64,000 nt of DNA, from NCBI RefSeq assembly GCF_036365525.1, contig NC_090395.1:71253232-71317231 (forward strand). Reading direction: 5' to 3'. Under the pieces are notes generated by a model. The model saw nothing but the letters and a program-made list of their open reading frames with translations. It had not been told where the DNA came from and made no database searches. The DNA is from Heterodontus francisci (lineage: Eukaryota). Made by a program: the position numbers and the translations under genes. This document shows, piece by piece, positions 26,236 through 37,977 of the stretch; position 1 is the first letter of the stretch, and every line of letters starts with the position of its first letter.

Positions 26236-26599
26236 CTTTCTGGTGACTTTGTTCAACAGTTGACCTTAGCAATGGCAAAAACAAATGTGAAGTAAAATTG
26301 CATTGTTAGTGCAAACTGAAGGTATTGACCAAAGACAGAGACCTTTTTGATGGGACTACCTTTAGAGCATGTGAGTGTAGGACTAGTCTCCTGGATATAG
26401 TTATGATTATTATGACTTTGCAATTCACATTTTATCAGTCTATGATAATAGTACATTTTTATTTGGAAATTCACAAGGAAACAAAAATCAGTGCAATTAT
26501 ACAAATTCAGATAATTTTTAAAAAACAATCAAACTTTTATTTCTATTATCGTCCTGAGCCCCTTTCATTTATCGAGCCTTAGGGGTTTCTTGGGTAGAT

Positions 26600-28480
26600 A
26601 AGAAAGATAAGGCAGAAGCATTTGCAACAATCTTCAGCCAGAAGTGCCGAGTTGATGATCCATCTCGGCCTCCTCCTGAAGTCCCCAGCATTACAGATGC
26701 CAGACTTCAGCCAATTTGATTCACTCCACGTGATATCAAGAAACGACTGAAGGCACTGGATACTACAAAGGCTATGGGTCCTGACAATATTCCAGCAATA
26801 GTACTGAAGACCTGTGCTCCAGAACTTGCCGCACCCCTAGCCAAGCTGTTCCAGTATAGCTCCAACACTGGCATCTACCCGACAATGTGGAAAATTGCCC
26901 AGGTATGTCCTGTACACAGAAAGCAGGACAAGTCCAACCCGTCCAATTACCGCCCCATCAGTTTACTCTCAATCATCAGCAAAGTGATGGAAGGTGTCAT
27001 CAACAGTGCAATCAAACGGCACTTGCTTAGCAATAACCTGCTCAGTGATACCCAGTTTGATTTCCAACAGGACCACTCAGCACCTGACCTCATTACAGCC
27101 TTGGTTCAAAAATGGACAAAAGAGCTGAACTCAAGAGGTGAGGTGAGAGTGACTGCCCTTGACATCAAGGCAGCATTTGACCGAGTATGGCATCAAGAAG
27201 CCCTAGCAAAACTGAGGTCAATGGGAATCAAGCGGAAAAATCTCTGCTGGTTAGAGTCATACCTAGCGCAAAGGAAGATGGCTGTGGTTGGTGGAGGTCA
27301 ATCATCTGAGCTCCAGGACATCACAGCAGGAGTTCTTCAGGGTAATATCCATCTTCAGCTGCTTCATCAATGACCTTCCTTCAATCATAAGGTCAGAAGC
27401 GGGGATAAAAACAAAAAATGCTGGAAACACTCAGCAGGTCTGGCAGCATCTGTGGAAAGAGAAACGTTAACTCTGCTTCTCTTTCCACAGATGCTGCCAG
27501 ACCTGCTGAGTGGTTCCAGCATTTCTTGTTTTAATTTCAGAATTCCAGCATCCGCAGTATTTTGCTTTCATTATTATTACAGAAGTGGGGATGTTCGCTG
27601 ATGATTGCACAATGTTCAGCACCATTCCTGACTCCTCAAATACTGAAGCGGTCTGTATAGAAATGCAGCAAGACCTGGACAATATCCAGGCTTGGGCTGA
27701 TAAGTGGCAAGTAACATTTGCGCCACACAAGTGCCAGGCAATGACCATCTCCAACAAGAGAGAATCTAACCATCGCCCTTTGACATTCAATGGCATTACC
27801 ATCGCTGAATCCCCCACTATCAACATCCTAGGGGTTACCATTGACCAGAAACTGAACTGGAGTAGCCATATAAATACCGTGACTACAAGAGCAGGTCAGA
27901 GGCCAGGAATCCTGCAGCGAGTAACTCACTTCCTGACTCCTCAAAGCCTGTCCACCATCTACAAGGCACAAGTCAGGAGTGTGATGGAATACTCTCCACT
28001 TGCCTGGATGGGTGCAGCTCCAACAACACTCAAGAAGCTCGACACCATCCAGGACAAAGCAGCCCACTTGATTGGCACCCCATCCACAAACATTCACTCT
28101 CTCCACCACTGACGCACAGTGGCAGCAGTGTGTACCATCTACAAGATGCACTGCAGCAACGCACCAAGGCTCTTTAGACAGCACCTTCCAAACCCGTGAC
28201 CTCTACCACCTTGAAGGACAACGGCATCAGAAGCATGGGAACACCACCACCTCCAAGTCACACACCATCCTGACTTGGAACTATATCGCCATTCCTTCAC
28301 GGTCGCTGGGTCAAAATCCTGGAACTCCCTTCCTAACAGCACTGTGGGTGTACCTACCTCACATGGACTGTGGCGGTTCAAGAAGGCAGCTCACCACTAC
28401 CTTCTCAAGAGCAATTAGGGATGGGAAATAAATGCTGGCATAGCCAGTGATCCCCACTTCCCATGAATTAATAAAAAAAA
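26600..28480 (+). mobile_element. LINE family B, 5'-truncated RT region with poly-A end
   Basis: GPDNIP, NYRPISLLS, ALDIKAAFDRVWH and MFADD motifs; 3' end ..CCCATGAATTAATAAAAAAAA. Confidence 0.92.
27407..27579. mobile_element. Fold-back Penelope-terminus element (copy F) inserted in the LINE RT
   Basis: Inverted arms with most of the hammerhead core absent at the junction. TSD CAGAAGYGGGGAT at 27394-27406 and 27580-27592. Confidence 0.88.
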
Positions 28481-29357
28481 GAATAATTTATCTCTGAAGA
28501 TTGGAAATGACTATCCAAAGTCATCAACAGTGAATGGCATTATACTGTGATAACTCAAATCTTTCTAAAATCTGAAGCAACATTTGACTTGGAGATCATA
28601 TTCACATTTAAATATATATCCATTCTTCAAGAATAAATCATTTTTGCTTAAATAGAATCATTTTATATGACATTTTTTTAGTGTCTCTAGGACAAGGTAC
28701 AGACAGCATACAAGTATTTTTAGAAACATGAAAAAGCCATTAGGCCAAACCAACCCATCCATTTTTGATATATCCACTCCAACTTTGTGTTTTATCACCA
28801 TAATATCTAATCCTTTCTCCCTCCATAAATGCACTTGATTGTCTCGTCAACTCATTTACACTCCCTGCTTCAACAACCTTCCCTGATATCTTATTCCATA
28901 ACTCTATTACATCTTATGCAGACAACTCCCATCTGACATCGTTTCCTGCTCCTAACCTCTTTTTTTTGTTTTGTTCCCCCTGGTATTTGAAGCCTTCACC
29001 ATGCTCAATAATTTGCTTGTATCAGGTAACATATTATTCTTCAGCATTATTGCACATAAAGAATAGAATTCAAAGTTTAAGAAAAATGGGAATATTGAGG
29101 CTCCAGTGCACTGCTTTAATATTTATTGCTTCACAATCTAGTAGAATTTTCCTTTACATTATCTCTTTTGTCTTCCAAACTCTTACACCACAAACCAATC
29201 CCTCCGTTAATAGGTTGTAGAAACAGTCTGCCATCTGACATTTTGCAATTCCCTTCTTGTCCTAAGCCCTAGAAAGTGAAGGTCCAAAAAATGGCTTGTA
29301 TCCTTCCTTCTCTCTCTCTCTCTCTCTTTCCATGACCTCTTCTCATCAGCTGTACCA

Positions 29358-30460
29358 TACATAGTAACAGGAGTAGGCCATTCAGACCCTCAAGTCTGTT
29401 CTGCCATTCAGTTTGATTGTGGCTGATCTGTATCTGAAACCCATTTACCTGCCTTTGATCCATACCCATTGATTCCCTTACCCAACTAAAATCTGTTGAA
29501 CTCAGTCTTGAAGGTTTCTATTGACCCAGCATCTACAGCCTTTTGGGGGTGAGAGTTCCAGATTGTTACTCCCCTTTGTATGAAGAAATACTTCCTGACT
29601 TCAAGCCTTAATGGCCTACCTCTAATTTTTAGGTTAAGACCCCTTGTTCTAGATTCACCCACCAGAGGAAGAAGTTTCTCTATATCTACTCTATCAAATT
29701 CCTTATAATTTTAAATACCTCAATTAAATAGCCTCAATTTCCTATACTCAAGGAATTACACACCAACAGCCTGGGTATTCTGCTGCAAGTGATTCACCTC
29801 CTGACTCCCCAAAGCCTTTCCACCATATACAAGCACCAAATCAGGAGTGTGATGGAATAGTCTTCACTTGCCTGGATGACAGCAGTTCCAACAACACTCA
29901 AGAAGCTCAACACATTCCAGGACAAAGCAACCTGTTTGATCAGCATCCCATCCACCAATCTGAACATTCACTCTCTCCACCACTGCAGCAGCAGGTACCA
30001 TCTACAAGGTACACAGCATCAACTCACCAAGGCTTCTTTGACAGTACCTTCCAAACCCATGATGTCTAGCATCTAGGACAAGGACAGCAGGGGTACGGGA
30101 CCACCACCATCTCCAAGTTCCCCTCCAAGTAGCCCACCATTCTGACTTGGAAATCAATCACTGTTCCTTCAATGTTGTGGTCAGGATTCTGGGATTCCCT
30201 GCCTAACAGCACTGTAGGAGTACCTTCACCACATGGACTACAGAGGTTCAAGAAGACAGTTCACCACCACCTTCTCAAGAATAATAAGGGATGGGAATTA
30301 AAACCAGCCTTGCCAGCAATACCCGCTTGTGAGTGAATGAAAAACAAAGCCTATGCAACCTGTCCTTCTAATTTAACCCTTGAACCCCTGGTAACATTCT
30401 GGTGAATCTTTGCTGCACCCCTTTCGAAGGCCAAAATATCCTTCCTGAATGCAGCACTTC
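29358..30460. mobile_element. CR1 3' fragment (-) interrupted by LINE family B 3' fragment (+, ~29765-30345)
   Basis: CR1 tail CAGGAGTAGGCCATTCAG and family B peptide PTTLKKLNTFQDKA. CR1 sequence resumes at ~30348. Confidence 0.75.
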
Positions 30461-31413
30461 AGAATTCTTATCCCACATAAACAAACTTGGCTTGTGGAAA
30501 GTCATAGGTGTAAATGTGGAATCTACCACTTTGTGGAACTGCTTAACAGAAAACTACCATATTTACCACAATTAGTGGGATTCTCAGCTCAGGGATCATT
30601 ATTGGCATGATTCACATTTGCATTACTCAAAATGTTCTTTCCAAGTGAACTGGAAGCCATTTTCTTTTTAGGAATGGTGGAGTGCAGATTACAGAGCAAT
30701 AAATCTTCGTTTTCAGGCAGCTAGCAAATGGACGCTTGATAACAAATTGTGCATTATGACTAAACAACAAAACCACATTAGCTTAAAAGAGAAGCAACCA
30801 TTCTTAGCTAGAGCTTAATAGCTGAGGGATGAATAGTTAAATCTTTATACGAAGAAAACACGTTCATCAGAATTGCGTTTTAGATTTGTTCTGTGGAACC
30901 TGAAATTACAGTTGAGATAAGGGAGTGACTGCATTCTTATTTTACCTTTGTGCTTAAATATAAGAAGGTAACTTTCTTATCATTTTAATTCTCCAATGAC
31001 CATTAAATAGAACACAATATTGATGAATGTTGGTGATTGTTGCAAGCATTTGATTATAGCTAACTTCAAATGTGTTAAAATTGGGCTCCTTAAATGAGCA
31101 TGTAAAATCCTATGGAACTCATTTGTTGTTTTAATGGATGAGTTAGTTCCTTTTAAATTAATGAGGCTTGCATTTGTACACTAATATTCCTAAATCCCAA
31201 TTTCAAGGCACATGGCAGGATGTGTGTTTGTTAAGGTTGGTGCCTGTTCATTTATTTAAGTGCCTTGGAGTTCTTTCATAGTAAAAGTGAGTAAAATTAT
31301 TGTGCCAATAACTATGTTTTTTATGATTTGTGCCAGTAACTGATTTGAATAAATCTCCTACTGCAATAACTGGGCAATCCATTGAAAATCAGTAGAGGTT
31401 ACAGAAATGACTA

Positions 31414-31770
31414 ATGACTTATGTGGAGAGACTGGAGAAGATGGGATTGTTCTTCCTGGAGCAGAGGTGGTTCAAGGGAGATTTAATAGAAGTGTTCAAA
31501 ATCATGAAGGGTTTCGAAGGAGGAAATAGGGAAAAACTATTTCTAAAGGCAGAAGGGTCAGTAACTCAAGGAGAGCCAAAGGGGCAGATGAGGATAATTT
31601 TTTATTTTAGAGATACAGCACTGAAACAGGCCTTTCGGCCCACTGAGTCTGTGCCGACCATCAACCACCCATTTATACTAATCCTATATTTCTACCACAT
31701 CCCCATCTGTCCCTGTATTCCCCTATCTATACTAGGGGCAATTTATAACAGCCAATTTACCTATATTCAT
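31414..31770. mobile_element. CR1 fragment (+) followed by HE1 SINE tail (-)
   Basis: YVERLEKMGLFFLEQRWFKGDLIEVFKI, then GAGATACAGCACTGAAACAGGCCTTTCGGCCCAC (reverse of the HE1 tail). Confidence 0.7.
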
Positions 31771-31858
31771 TTTTGACTGATTTTATGCTGGTTTCTATCA
31801 TTTCTGGGTATGACTGGGGAATGCCAGCAGTTGCTTGCCAAAGCAATGCAGAGGCTCT

Positions 31859-32076
31859 TGTAGTACAAGAGTCTGAAAGGGTTAATGTTTGAGACAGTGA
31901 GAGTAACCCCTCCCACTGTAGTGATGAGATGTAATAGTCACATGCTTTTTAGGCTTGAAAGAAGCTAGAAGCATCATGAGTGCACATAGTTATGTATATA
32001 AAATAAATGAGTTACTATTTAGCCACACAAAGACTCTGAGACATCTGTAAACAACACTCGAACTATGCTTACAACA
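31859..32076 (+). mobile_element. Small solo LTR
   Basis: TGTAGTA...TACAACA termini, AATAAA at ~32002, flanks GCTCT/GTTCT (5-bp TSD, one mismatch). Confidence 0.55.
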
Positions 32077-32569
32077 GTTCTGTCCTGGGGAAACTCAAGG
32101 CTGTGGGTTAGTCAATCAGGGAACTACATTTATGCATCTTTTTGGTGGGCTAGAACTTAACGACTAGAACCTACCTGTGTTTTTCCTTTGTCCAGTCCCA
32201 GAGCATTAATGGGAGGAATTACACCTCAAAAAAGACCCATGAAGATTGTCCTTTCTCCCCTTCCCCACTACATGCGAATGATGGCCAGAGAGGGACGTGG
32301 TTTGCTATATGGCCTCATTTTAACACCCTTTTTTCCCAGTTTTGCCAGTAGAAGATTAATGCCTCAATGGAAGATGAATGGAGAGCTGGCCAGAGGCACT
32401 GTAGACTAGAAGTCCACAATGATTCTAGAGCAAATTGTGGGTAAGGATGGTTAAAGTATAGATTTTCTGTCAATTTAACATTTTGTCGTGTATAAGCTTT
32501 TCAAAGTATTATAAAAAGACTTAAAGTTTTTTTAAAAAATCTTGTGGCCTGAGCTTTGGGAACAAGTGG

Positions 32570-33530
32570 AGCATAGGAAAAGGAGGAGGCCATTCAATCC
32601 CTCGAGCCTGTTCCGTCATTCAATTAGATCACGGCTGATCACTACCTCAACTTCATTTTCCCACCTTTGAACTATATCTCTTATTACCCTTACCCATCAA
32701 AAATGTATGAATGTCAACCTTGAAAGCTCCAATTAACCTCCAGCATCCACAGCCTTTTGAGGGAGAGCGTTCCACATTTCTGCCACATTTTGTGTGAGGA
32801 AGTGTTTTCTGATATCACTCCTGAACAGCCTGGTTCAAATTTTCAGAATATGCCCCCTTGTTCTAGATTCTCCCACCCGAGGAAATAGATACCCTCTTGA
32901 TCCTTTCATCATTTTAAATACTTCAGCATGATCACCCCTCAGTCTTCCTTAGGCCTTCCTCTTTCCCTCTGTTCTGAGAATGAAGACAGCACAGATTAGC
33001 AAGATGATTGCAAAGATAACAGACTGCACAGGAACCTCCAGCTCCTGTCCACTGCTACCCATGCCGTCTTGTCTGTGAATCCAGGGGTGAAAGGTTATCG
33101 GGGGTAGTTGGGAGTGTGGAGTGATCAGTTCAGCCATGAATTTATTGAATGGCAGAGCAGGCTAGAGGGGCTGAGTGGCCTAATCCTTCTCCTAATTCAT
33201 ATGTTCTTACTTTGACTATGTTAAATGGACCCTAAGTGATGTAAGGACATGCCTCCCTCATGGAATCAAAGAATAGTACTGCACAGAAGTAGGCCATTCA
33301 TCCTATTGAATCTGTGCCAGCTCTTTTGGACTGCAGTCCAATTAGTCCCACTCCCCATCTCTTTTCCCATAGTCCTACAATTGTCCCTCCTTCAAGTCTT
33401 TATCCAATTCCCTTTTCAAGGCCACTGTTGAATCTGTTTCTACCATCCTATCAGGCAGTGCATTCCAAATCCTAGCCATTTTCATCATTCGCCTCTGGTT
33501 CTTTTGCCAATCAGCTTAAAATTTTGTCCT
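32570..33530. mobile_element. Cluster of three CR1 tail fragments (-, +, -)
   Basis: GGAGGCCATTCA / AGGCCATTCA tails. 33083-33228 matches the tail at 19570-19695. Confidence 0.7.
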
Positions 33531-34280
33531 CTTATTATAATACAATAATTGAGTTGTATCAGCTGTCGGATACCTGTGGTCACTGTTGCTAAGGGAGACT
33601 CCCATTTGCCTACGGTAGCCTGATGACATGTTCCTCCAGATCTACCAAGGCTTCTGTTTGCAGCTCATTCTGCAGCTCCATCGGGCTGACAAATCACCCA
33701 CCTTGGACCAAGTCATTCTGCACAAATCCCATCAGTGACGAATGTAAAACTCACTGGAAACAAACCTGATGATCTTCCTGGTTATTTAAGACCTGAAGAG
33801 AATTGGGCTGATTGTGTGACGAGTTGCACTGACTACTGGCAGTGCAGTTTCAGAGCTATTCCAGCATTAAATCAACCTCGGCCACTTTTGTATTACAGAT
33901 TTGACTTGTGGGTAAACCTTGGCTTTTGGGAAATCTAATCTTTGTAAATCTTGGAGGGTTTGCACATTACGATACTTGGGATAATTTCAGGTGGTAGAAA
34001 TATGCAGCAGGTGTAGCAAAACTAGGGACTGAAATCACAAACATGGTGGGATTTCACATTCAGGAGATAGACTTACTGTGCTTCAGCACTGCACCAGTAT
34101 GATAGCACTTCTCAGCTTTAACTGAATTGGTACATGAGAACTCCAATGGCATTGCTGGTGAGAAGAAAGCTTCACTTTAAAACTTTCTTTTGTCAGTCAG
34201 TATTGGCAAGACAGTGAACTCCACTAGCAAAATGTAAACTGTGCAGAGGCACTGATGAGAAGTGAAATGAGTTCTTTTTA

Positions 34281-34515
34281 TGTTGTCTGATGCGACATAA
34301 ATGAGATGCATGGAGTTCAGTTGGTTGAAGATCTCAAGCAGGTTTATTTACAGCAAAACTATTATACACAGTACAGAGTTAACTATTTACAGAACTTGCC
34401 TCTTGGTGTTATAGTGGCAGGGTGAATCTGGCTTCCAGTAATCTGACCTGGTACTTAGATCATTAGCATACTAAGATCTTAAAGCGGCATCACTCTTAAA
34501 GGCAATCATACAGCA
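34281..34515 (-). mobile_element. Possible solo LTR
   Basis: TGTTGT...ACAGCA termini, minus-strand AATAAA at ~34343, and paired CTTTAAG motifs as in 2378-2648. No TSD seen. Confidence 0.4.
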
Positions 34516-35244
34516 AGAGGAACTTTGCAGCTGTGAGCAGATATGTATGCAGACATGTGCAGGCATACATGCTGACATGCATGTAGGCATGCGTACGTGT
34601 GACTATCGTTGCTTGGTCACAGCTTGTTGCAGGCATGTGCCAATTTTCATCTTTCACATTTCAGAAATAGTCTTCAGCTCATTGGGATGACATACTTGGG
34701 ACCACAGATACAATTCCCCACCAGTTGCTGCCATGTAAATTGGCATAATCAGAAAGTATAAGTTATTGTTTCATAGTAACTTTACAGCATTGCTGCTCTA
34801 CAAGCAGAGCTCTGTGTGCAGGTATACATATTGAGAATTTGAGTATGAGCTCTATGATTTCCTGGCTATTCATTTTAGTCGCAGCAACTGGTGGGGACTT
34901 GCATCTATAGTTCCACGTATGTCATCCCAGTGAGCTGAAGACTATTTCTGAAATGTGAAAGATGAAAATTTAGCCCTTTTGAATCACTCCATCTTAAAGG
35001 AACCTTGAAACTTTACGTAGGGCCAACATTTTGAATGCAAGATCCTTACCTTTGGCAATAAAGCCACTCATGGACTCAGTCCTGTCACAAACTCCTCCTG
35101 ACCTGAAGCTCAGTGCATGCATCACACTCTTTCAACTGTTCCTGCCTTTACGCCCCTCTTCCTCGTTCCACTCTACCTTTTCATGGCCGAGGCTTCATCC
35201 ATCCCAGCCCACTCTTTTACACATCGTATTCTTGTGATCTGGAT

Positions 35245-36497
35245 TTTTTTTTAAGTTTATTTGTTTCATGGGATATGGGCATCGCTGGCCAGGCCAGCAT
35301 TTATTGCCCATCCCTAATTGCTCTTGAGAAGGTGGTGGTGAGCTGCTTTCTTGAACCGCTGCAGTCCATCTGGTGTAGGTACACCCACAGTGCTGTTAGG
35401 AAGGGCATTCCAGAATTTTGACCCAGCAATATATTTCCAAGTCAGGATGGTGGGTGGCTTGGAGGGGAACTTGCAGGTGGTGCTGTTCCCACACATTCGC
35501 TGCCCTTGTCCTTCTAGGTGGTAGAGTTTGCAGGTTGGGATGATGCTGTCTAAGGAGCCTTGGCGAGTTGCTGCATTGCATCTTGTAGATAGTACACACT
35601 GCAGCCACTGTGCATCAGTGGTGGAGGGAGTGAATGTTGAAGGTGTTCGATGGGGTGCCAAACAAGCAAGCTGCTTTGACTTGGATGGTGTTGAGCTTCT
35701 TGCGTGTTGTTGGAACTGCACTTTTGAATTCTATATCCCTAGAAATAAATCCCAATTCTTTGTTAGCATATTTAATTACTTTGCTGACCTGCGATGCTGG
35801 TTTTAATGATGTGCTCACCTGTATCCCTTTGCTCTTCTTATTTTTCTTATTTCCGTTACTGGAATGCCAGTAGTGATGTCAGTGACTTCTAGATGCATGA
35901 GATAAATCAGAGGCTGGGAATTCTGCAGCAAATAATCCACCTCCTGACTCCCCAAATATTGTTCACCATCTACAAGTCACAAGTCACAGTGTGATGGAAT
36001 ACTCTCCACTTGCCTGGATTGGTGCAGCTCTAACAACACTCAAGAAGCTCAACACCATCCAGGACTCGTTTGACACCTATCCACCACCTTAAACATTCAC
36101 TCCCTCCACCACCAATGCACAGTGGCAGCAGTGTGTACCATCTACAAGATGCACTGCACCAACGCACCAAGGCTCCTTAGACAGCACCTTCCAAACCCGC
36201 GACCTCTACCACCTAGAAGGACAAAGGCAGCAAATGCATGGGAACACCACCACCTGCAAATTCCCCTCCAAGTCGCACATCAACCTGACTTGGAAATATA
36301 TCACCATTCCTTCACTGTTGCTCAGTCAAAAATCTGAAACTCCCTCCCGAACAGCACTGTGGGTGTACCTACACCAGATGTACTGCAGCAGTTCAAGAAG
36401 GCAGCTCACCACCACCTTCTCAAGATCAATTAGGGATGGGCAACAAATGCTGGCCTTGCCAGTGGCTCTTATAACCCATGAAAGAATTTTTAAAAAG
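35245..36497. mobile_element. Two divergent LINE family B 3' fragments (-, 35245-35720; +, 35905-36497)
   Basis: Both encode AAVCTIYKMxC..PRLLRQH. Family tails lie at the outer ends. Confidence 0.88.
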
Positions 36498-36733
36498 TAA
36501 AATTAAATGAACAGAATGCTTTCTAAGTTACTTCTAACATTATCTATCAGGATAATATTAGGTTCAAATATCTGATTAATTTACTAAAATACTTGTTATT
36601 GCTGACCTAATGGTATTGTAGAATCTCATAACATAATGACTTTAAAAAACATTAACACAGTGTATTAGTCAGATAATGCACATTTTGCCTCCTCAGTAAA
36701 GTAGAGCAAATCTCACAATAAAGGCTTTAAAGA

Positions 36734-36969
36734 AATAAAAGCAAAATACTGCGGATGCTGGAAATCTGAAACAAAAACAAGAAATGCTGGATTCACTCAG
36801 CAGGTCTGGCAGCATCTGTGGAAAGAGAAGCAGAGTTAACGTTTCGGGTCAGTGACCCTTCTTCGGAATGTTCCGAAGAAGGGTCACTGACCCGAAACGT
36901 TAACTCTGCTTCTCTTTCCACAGATGCTGCCAGACCTGCTGAGTGAATCCAGCATTTCTTGTTTTTGTT
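36734..36969. mobile_element. Fold-back Penelope-terminus element (copy G), perfect hairpin
   Basis: Arms 36770-36868 and 36871-36969 are reverse complements with a TG spacer. 15-bp TSD TAAAGGCTTTAAAGA at 36719-36733 and 36969-36983. Confidence 0.93.
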
Positions 36970-36983
36970 AAAGGCTTTAAAGA

Positions 36984-37478
36984 GGCTGCAGAAAAGATTT
37001 ACAAGAATGGTTCCAGGGATGAGGGGGACTTCTGTTACAGCGATAGATTGGAGAATCTGGGGTTGTTCTCCTTAGTGAAGAGAAGTTTGAGAGGAGATTT
37101 GATAGAGCTGATCCAAATCATGAGGGGTCTAGACAGAGCTGATAGAGAGAAACTGTTCTCATTAGCAGAAGGGTTGTGAATCAGAGGACGCCAATTTACG
37201 GTGAATGGTAAAAGAAGCAACAGTAACATAAGCAAAAGCATTTTTACACAGCCATTGGTTAGGACCTGGAAAGCACTGCCTGAGAGTGTGGTGGAGGCAG
37301 ATTCAACCGTGGATTTCAAAAGGGAATTGGATAAATATCTGAAGAGAAACAGTTTGCAGGACTACTGTGAAAGGACAGGGGAGTGGGGCTAGCTGAGTTG
37401 CTCTTGCAGAGAGCTGGCATGGACGTGATGGGCTGAATGGCCTCCTTCTGTGCTGCAACCATTCTATGATTCTATTTT
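36984..37478 (+). mobile_element. CR1 LINE 3' fragment
   Basis: YSDRLENLGLFSLVKRSLRGDLIE peptide; tail ATTCTATGATTCTAT. Confidence 0.85.
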
Positions 37479-37977
37479 TCTATGATATTCCTTTAAGAAA
37501 TAATCTCCACGAACCAGATAGATTTTTCCTCATTGTTGCTGTGCTGAATTATTTCATATTTCTATGTTTTGTTCTGGGACCAGTTGTATTTAGAATCTTG
37601 AATATCCATTATCTGTGTGTTGCATTGGCTCAGTTGGTAGAATTCTTCCCCCTGGGTTAGAATCCTTTAGAGCCCCATATCGTGTTTGAACTCATAACAC
37701 AGGCTGCTACTCATATGCAGGAATATTGTATTGTCAGAAATTATGTCCTTCAGGTCAAGACATTAAAGCAAGGTTCAGTCCTACGGTACTGAAAACACAG
37801 TTCGAAGAAGAACAGTGCATCCTGTGGTTGTCCCTCCCGACATCCTTCTTTCAACCAGTGTCGCCAAACACAAATTAACTGGCCATTTACTGTGAGATGG
37901 ATCATGAGCATTGCAAGGACAGAATTGTTGCTGTATTTGTTTAACAATTACACTGTGTGTGAGTGAAACACATTGAG

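Noticed and set aside
34540-34602. Quasi-repetitive purine-pyrimidine alternation (Z-DNA candidate)
   Set aside because: Short and interrupted; best explained as a decayed microsatellite.
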